Shown in pieces: positions 58,602 through 64,000 of a stretch of 64,000 nucleotides of DNA. Source of the DNA: Pseudomonadota bacterium (GTDB lineage Bacteria > Desulfobacterota > Desulfobacteria > Desulfobacterales > RPRI01); contig JBDRRF010000038.1 of the NCBI GenBank assembly GCA_043825875.1, forward strand, positions 1-64,000. Direction: 5' to 3'. The position numbers were made by a program, and so were the translations under genes. The notes under the pieces are model-generated. The model saw only the letters and a program-made list of their open reading frames with translations. It made no database searches and had not been told where the DNA came from. Numbering within the stretch: the first letter of the stretch is position 1; each line of letters starts with the position of its first letter.

Positions 58602-60143
58602 ATGCGCAACTTAAGTATGTCAAAAAAAATATGGCTAAGCATGAGCATTCTGGTTATAGGCTATTTTTTAACCATGGTCTTCGGGTTCGGAATGGGAGCC
58701 CGCATGGAATCCAGAATGCTAAGTGTTTCAGATTATCTCTTCCCAGCGTCAAACCTTGCTCAGGAGGCACTGACAGCCTTTAAAGATCAGGTACGTCTTT
58801 ATAATGACGGTATTATGCTGGGTGACAGTGAAACAATTGCCCGTGCAGAAAAAGAATCCGAACTTGTTCAAAAAGATTTAGGTGATATATTAAATATTGC
58901 CGGTATAGATGAAGTATCTGCTGCTCAGGTAAGAGAAACTCTTGCGACACTTAAGGCATTTACACAAGAGGCTCAACCGATTTATCTGTCTATGAGCAAA
59001 GGAGAAAACCAGTCGGCAAGTGCCGGGCGTCTGGCAGGCCAAACCGATGCATTGCGTACCAAACTTTTAAAAATTCAGCAAATGTTTGCAGACCGCCTGA
59101 AAGAAGAGCTTATGGCCAATATCCAGATCAGCAAAAACCAGCGTTTTATAAATATAGGGGTTTTTGTGGCTGTAGTGTTATTGGGAATTACCATAACCGG
59201 ACTTATCATCAGTCGTTCTATCACAGGCCCTATCGGCAGAATCATCGGGGGGCTTACCGAAGGGGCTAGCAAAGTCAACGATGCGTCTGATCAGGTATCC
59301 AGCGCAGGCCAGACTATGGCTACAGGCACATCACAGCAGGCATCATCTATAGAGGAAATTGCGTCTTCACTTGAAGAAATGACTTCCATGATCAAACAGA
59401 ATGCAGAAAACTCCACAGAAGCCAACCGGGTAATGGCAGATTCGGATCGGACGGTATCGGAAGCTCACAATGCCATGGAGCAACTCAGCAAATCTATGGA
59501 TGATATTTCAAATGCAAGTAAAGAAACCCAAAAGATCATTAAGACTATTGATGAGATTGCATTCCAGACTAATCTTTTAGCCTTAAACGCTGCTGTTGAA
59601 GCTGCCAGAGCTGGTGAAGCAGGTGCAGGTTTTGCGGTGGTAGCTGATGAAGTTAGAAATTTGGCGATGCGTGCTGCCGATGCTGCCCGCAACACAGCAA
59701 CTCTGATAGATAATACCATTAATGCCGTAAAAAATGGTTCTGTATATTCGGAAACCACTTTGAGTGCATTTACAAAAACCATGGAATCCTCAAAGAAAGT
59801 CAGCAGCCTGGTATCTGAAATCGCTGCCGGTTCGCAGGAACAGGCACAAGGCATTCAGCAGGTTAACAGCGCCATGTCCGAAATTGATACAGTAATTCAA
59901 AAGACTGCCGCTATCGCTGAAGAATCCGCTTCTGCAGGTGAGGAGCTTAACGCCCAGTCAAAAGCAATGAAGGACTATGTCGAACAACTTGTGGTTCTTG
60001 TGGGGCTTAGCAATAACAATAATAATGGAAACAGACAAGCTAAGACTACTGCAACAAAGTCTGAGGAAAAAGGATTCATCAAAGCCGGTCAAAACAATTT
60101 TACACCTGATCGGTTAATTACACATCATGACAATGATTTTTGA
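58602..60143 (+). CDS. Methyl-accepting chemotaxis protein
   Basis: Two TMs around a helical periplasmic domain; [37 protein letters not shown]. Confidence 0.96.
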   Translation: MRNLSMSKKIWLSMSILVIGYFLTMVFGFGMGARMESRMLSVSDYLFPASNLAQEALTAFKDQVRLYNDGIMLGDSETIARAEKESELVQKDLGDILNIAGIDEVSAAQVRETLATLKAFTQEAQPIYLSMSKGENQSASAGRLAGQTDALRTKLLKIQQMFADRLKEELMANIQISKNQRFINIGVFVAVVLLGITITGLIISRSITGPIGRIIGGLTEGASKVNDASDQVSSAGQTMATGTSQQASSIEEIASSLEEMTSMIKQNAENSTEANRVMADSDRTVSEAHNAMEQLSKSMDDISNASKETQKIIKTIDEIAFQTNLLALNAAVEAARAGEAGAGFAVVADEVRNLAMRAADAARNTATLIDNTINAVKNGSVYSETTLSAFTKTMESSKKVSSLVSEIAAGSQEQAQGIQQVNSAMSEIDTVIQKTAAIAEESASAGEELNAQSKAMKDYVEQLVVLVGLSNNNNNGNRQAKTTATKSEEKGFIKAGQNNFTPDRLITHHDNDF

Positions 60144-60287
60144 TAAATTCTTTTTGTTAGTAAAACGAAAAACAAGCAAAGCATAGCTCATAACAAAGGC
60201 ATGCGCCATATATGCTTGTTACAGAAGTACAAAACTTGATGGGTTCCAAAAAAACTCCATCAAGCTTTGTAATTTCTTTAAATTGAA

Positions 60288-60914
60288 TTATTCGATTCTA
60301 ACAAATGGATTATACTTTTTTTCTATAGCAATAGAAGTTTCAGGGCCGTGACCTGTAAGTACTCTTATATTATCTCCAAGCACAAATAGTTTGTTTTTTA
60401 TACATGATATAAGAGTATCATAATCACCGCCGGGGAAATCCGTGCGCCCTATCGATCCTGAAAAAAGCGTATCTCCTACAAAAACGCATCCATCAGTATA
60501 AAGCGAAATACCGCCCGGTGAATGCCCTGGAGTGTGGATAACCTTAAAAGTAATATCTCCGAATTTAATCTCATCACCATCTTCCAACATTCGATCAGGA
60601 GGGGGGGAATCCTCCACATTAAGTCCCCATGCTGCACCGGTAGCCGCAATACGGGCAAGCATTGGCGCATCAAGGCCGTGTATCAAAAGATCTGCGCCTG
60701 TGGCTTCCTTCAATTTTTTGTTACCGCCCACATGGTCAACATGACCATGTGTATTTATGATGTATTTAACTTGCAATTTATGTTTTGCAAGCACCATCAG
60801 AATTTTGTTGGGCTCATCTCCCGGATCAATAACTACAGCTTCTTTTGTGTTTTCACATCCGACAACAAAACAATTTGACATTATCGGTCCTACAACTATG
60901 TCTTCTATAATCAA
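60288..60914 (-). CDS. MBL-fold metallo-hydrolase (glyoxalase II/YcbL-like)
   Basis: THGHVDH, TPGHSPG, GDTLF, GHG. Confidence 0.92.
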   Translation of the reverse strand: MIIEDIVVGPIMSNCFVVGCENTKEAVVIDPGDEPNKILMVLAKHKLQVKYIINTHGHVDHVGGNKKLKEATGADLLIHGLDAPMLARIAATGAAWGLNVEDSPPPDRMLEDGDEIKFGDITFKVIHTPGHSPGGISLYTDGCVFVGDTLFSGSIGRTDFPGGDYDTLISCIKNKLFVLGDNIRVLTGHGPETSIAIEKKYNPFVRIE

Positions 60915-60931
60915 AACAACCTCCGATTATA

Positions 60932-61363
60932 TTAATTAGTTTTTGGTTTAATTATTTCTGTTTCAACAGCATTTCTGATACTGTCAAGAATCCCATTTAT
61001 AAAAGGTCCGGATTCATTAGTTCCATATTTTTTCCCTACGTCAATTGCTTCATTTATAGAAACCTTAAAGGGAATATCATTGCACCAAACAAGCTCAAAA
61101 ACGGCAATCCTCATGATATTTCTGTCAACACAGGACATACGGCTTATTTTCCAGTTACTGGAAAACTGCTCTATTATAGTATCAATTTCCGATCCGGAGC
61201 TTATAACTCCTCTTACAAGCCTGTAAAAAAAAGGCAGGATATCTTCGGATGGATTAAAATTATCCCGGAAGTTCTCTAAAACCTCTTCAGAATTATCATG
61301 GCATTTATCCATGAAGAAAAGAACCTGCATTGCAAGTTCCCGTGACTTTCTGCGACTACCCAT
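60932..61363 (-). CDS. nusB: Transcription antitermination factor NusB
   Basis: RRKSRELAMQ, VDRNIMR, VSINEA, FINGILD. Confidence 0.97.
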   Translation of the reverse strand: MGSRRKSRELAMQVLFFMDKCHDNSEEVLENFRDNFNPSEDILPFFYRLVRGVISSGSEIDTIIEQFSSNWKISRMSCVDRNIMRIAVFELVWCNDIPFKVSINEAIDVGKKYGTNESGPFINGILDSIRNAVETEIIKPKTN

Positions 61364-61367
61364 ATTG

Positions 61368-61841
61368 CTATACTTTATCTACAAGTTCAATCAGATTTGC
61401 CATTTCAATTGCAGAAACTGCGGCACTCCATCCTTTGTTACCAGCCTTAGTTCCGGCACGTTCTATCGCCTGCTCAATAGTATCTACCGTAATTACTCCG
61501 AAAATTACAGGGATTCCCGTTTCCAATCCAACCATGGCAACTCCCTTTGTAACTTCAGCACTAATGTAATCAAAATGCGGAGTTGCCCCCCGTATAACAG
61601 CACCAAGGCATATTACAGCATTATATTTTTTTGTTTCAGCCATTTTTTTGGCAACAAGAGGAATCTCAAAAGCACCCGGAACCTTTATTATATCAATATC
61701 CGAGTCCATTGTTCCTGAACGCAGTAAAGCATCAACAGCACCTCCGACAAGCTTGTCGGTAATAAAATCATTAAACCGGCTTGTAACTATCGCAAATTTC
61801 TTGCCTTCAGCAATAAGCTTGGCCTCGATTATTTTAGGCAT
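61368..61841 (-). CDS. ribH: 6,7-dimethyl-8-ribityllumazine synthase
   Basis: [30 protein letters not shown]; start MPKII behind GGAGG. Confidence 0.97.
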   Translation of the reverse strand: MPKIIEAKLIAEGKKFAIVTSRFNDFITDKLVGGAVDALLRSGTMDSDIDIIKVPGAFEIPLVAKKMAETKKYNAVICLGAVIRGATPHFDYISAEVTKGVAMVGLETGIPVIFGVITVDTIEQAIERAGTKAGNKGWSAAVSAIEMANLIELVDKV

Positions 61842-61886
61842 ACTATCCTCCCAAATTTTAAAAAAACTCAAAAAAGAACAACGGAT

Positions 61887-63101
61887 TTAAGGTATTTTAT
61901 CTACGTTAATCAGGTGGCCCATTTTATATTTCTTACATGATAGATATTTTTCATTAAATTTATTAGGCCCAACCTCAATCCCGACCTGCTCAACAACACT
62001 TAATCCATACCCTTCAAGTCCGACTATTTTTTTTGGATTGTTTGTTATGAGCCTCATCTTTCTTACACCAAGATCAACCAGGATCTGCGCACCTATACCA
62101 TAATTTCTCAAATCAGGCTTAAATCCCAGTTCTGCGTTTGCTTCAACGGTATCAAACCCCTGATCCTGCAAGGCATAGGCTTTAATCTTGTTGACAAGTC
62201 CTATACCACGACCCTCTTGGCGTATGTACAGAAAAACTCCCGATCCTTCAGTTTCAATCATTTTCATAGCCTCCTGAAGCTGATCACCGCAATCGCATCT
62301 AAGAGATCCGAATATATCTCCCGTAAGGCATTCTGAATGAACCCTCACGAGAACCGGCTTTTCAGAATCAATTTCTCCCTTTATCATCGCGATATGAAGA
62401 AATCGGTCAATATCGTTTTCATATACAACAGCCCTGAACTCACCTGCAATAGAAGTAGGAATTACAGTTTCAGCGGATCGCCTTACAAAACGCTCATTCG
62501 CCAAACGGTATTCTATGAGATCCGCTATAGAGCAAATGCCTATCCCGTGTTTTTCACTGAATTTTTCAAGCGAAGGCATTCTGGCCATTGTACCGTCGTC
62601 ATCCATTATTTCACAAATTACCCCGGACGGTCTCAAACCGGCAAGGCGCGCAAGGTCTACCGACCCCTCAGTCTGGCCGGTTCTTACAATTACTCCACCG
62701 TCTCTTGCTCTTAAAGGAAAAATATGGCCGGGCCTCACCAAATCACCAGGCCTGGCATCTTCGGCTGATGCGGTCAGAATTGTAGTTGCCCGGTCGGCTG
62801 CGGATATTCCCGTTGTTACTCCGCATCTGGCTTCTATTGAAACAGTGAACCCTGTTTGGAAAGGGGAAGTATTGTTTTCCACCATTGGCGGAAGAAAAAG
62901 GGAATCAGCTTTTTCACTTGTCATAGAAAGACATATAAGTCCTCTTCCGTATTTTGCCATAAAATTTATGGCTTCAGGCGTTACTTTTTCAGCGGCCATT
63001 GTGAGGTCACCTTCATTCTCACGGTCTTCATCATCAACAAGGATAACCATGCGCCCTTCACGTATATCCTTGATTGCTTGTTCAATTGAAATTATCGGCA
63101 T
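61887..63101 (-). CDS. ribBA: Bifunctional DHBP synthase/GTP cyclohydrolase II
   Basis: [44 protein letters not shown]. Confidence 0.97.
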   Translation of the reverse strand: MPIISIEQAIKDIREGRMVILVDDEDRENEGDLTMAAEKVTPEAINFMAKYGRGLICLSMTSEKADSLFLPPMVENNTSPFQTGFTVSIEARCGVTTGISAADRATTILTASAEDARPGDLVRPGHIFPLRARDGGVIVRTGQTEGSVDLARLAGLRPSGVICEIMDDDGTMARMPSLEKFSEKHGIGICSIADLIEYRLANERFVRRSAETVIPTSIAGEFRAVVYENDIDRFLHIAMIKGEIDSEKPVLVRVHSECLTGDIFGSLRCDCGDQLQEAMKMIETEGSGVFLYIRQEGRGIGLVNKIKAYALQDQGFDTVEANAELGFKPDLRNYGIGAQILVDLGVRKMRLITNNPKKIVGLEGYGLSVVEQVGIEVGPNKFNEKYLSCKKYKMGHLINVDKIP

Positions 63102-63155
63102 TTTTAAATATTAATCTCCTAAAAATTTATATTACTACCTGGAACAATTATTTTC

Positions 63156-63821
63156 TTATATATATCCGGTTTTTGATAAAAAGGCCATATCTATGGATGA
63201 CTTTACATCTTTTTTAGCACCGGGAGTTTTTTGAGTACCAATAAATCGTTCTATGTATTTTCCTATCATATCGGTTTCTATGTTTACAAAATTATTTTCT
63301 GCTTTTGTACCAATTGTAGTCAGTTTTGCAGTATGAGGTATTATGCTTACTTCAAACCATCCTTCATCGCAATTGTTTACCGTAAGGCTTACACCATCGA
63401 TAGCAACAGAACCTTTTTTTATTATGTAACGGGAAAGTGATGCAGACACTTCAAATGTAAATATCACTGCATTACCTGTTAATTTTTTACTGCTTATTTT
63501 GCCGATTCCGTCAATATGACCTGAAACCAGATGACCGTCCAGCCTATCCGATAGGCGTAAGGCGCGCTCGATGTTTACCCTGTCTCCTGTTTTTGTATTG
63601 CCCAAGGTTGTTTTATCAAGGGTTTCAGGAGAAACGTCAACATCAAAACGTTTTTTGTCGATTTTAACAACTGTAAGACATGCTCCGTTCACCGCTATAC
63701 TGTCTCCGATTTTGGTTCCATCAAGATCAGTATCCGTTTCTATGGCAAGTTGCTTTCCTATCCTGCCTGAAGAACGAATCGAAGAAATAGTACCAAGGCT
63801 TTCTATTATACCTGTAAACAT
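63156..63821 (-). CDS. ribE: Riboflavin synthase
   Basis: MFTGII start, GDSIAVNGACLTV, GHLVSGHIDG, GVSLTV. Confidence 0.97.
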   Translation of the reverse strand: MFTGIIESLGTISSIRSSGRIGKQLAIETDTDLDGTKIGDSIAVNGACLTVVKIDKKRFDVDVSPETLDKTTLGNTKTGDRVNIERALRLSDRLDGHLVSGHIDGIGKISSKKLTGNAVIFTFEVSASLSRYIIKKGSVAIDGVSLTVNNCDEGWFEVSIIPHTAKLTTIGTKAENNFVNIETDMIGKYIERFIGTQKTPGAKKDVKSSIDMAFLSKTGYI

Positions 63822-63822
63822 A

Positions 63823-64000
63823 TCAGATATAGCCCTCTATCAAAATATCGTCTCCGAACTTTTGAATATCAACCTCTTTTACCATAACAGAATCACGCAT
63901 GAGAACCGGCCCTGGACCACTGCAAATACTCACACCATCGCCGCCAAGAATTTTGGGCGCATAGAAAAAAAATATTTTATCGACAATCTTGTTAGAAAAT
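63823..64000 (-). CDS. ribD: RibD C-terminal fragment (gene continues beyond the window)
   Basis: Minus frame reads ...IVDKIFFFYAPKILGGDG...KFGDDILIEGYI*, directly upstream of riboflavin synthase. Confidence 0.9.
   Translation of the reverse strand, partial: FSNKIVDKIFFFYAPKILGGDGVSICSGPGPVLMRDSVMVKEVDIQKFGDDILIEGYI

Overview
AT-rich chromosomal window from a sulfate-reducing deltaproteobacterium; the 16S segment and gene set look Desulfobacteraceae-like (inference). Left end: 5' part of a 16S rRNA gene with three tandem promoters, then tyrS-rny-6S RNA-zapA-zapB, a short glmU-like gene, an HD-domain gene, tRNA-Val(GAC) and a PAS hybrid histidine kinase. From about 10.7 to 45.5 kb is a minus-strand exopolysaccharide/exosortase (PEP-CTERM, VPLPA-type) locus: export genes, exosortase-EpsI, glycosyltransferases, two pyruvyltransferases, two FrhB-like Fe-S proteins, galE and three sorting-signal proteins. 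It is interrupted by three toxin-antitoxin pairs, an orphan antitoxin and an IS3 relic. The right part holds an acyl-CoA ligase-esterase fusion, a P-type ATPase, gltX, a second CoA ligase, aroE/aroK, a small periplasmic protein-porin-MCP operon, an MBL hydrolase, nusB and the rib operon. The most unusual material is non-coding: (i) seven copies of a ~142-bp MITE, six with 4-bp target duplications, and with a covarying internal hairpin; (ii) a 22-nt module found at one fixed MITE position, once nested within itself and once elsewhere; (iii) 7-mer/8-mer tandem arrays, partly in inverted pairs, that punctuate the EPS export genes and border the TA cassettes. All calls are by eye from the sequence and ORF track; no database searches were run.
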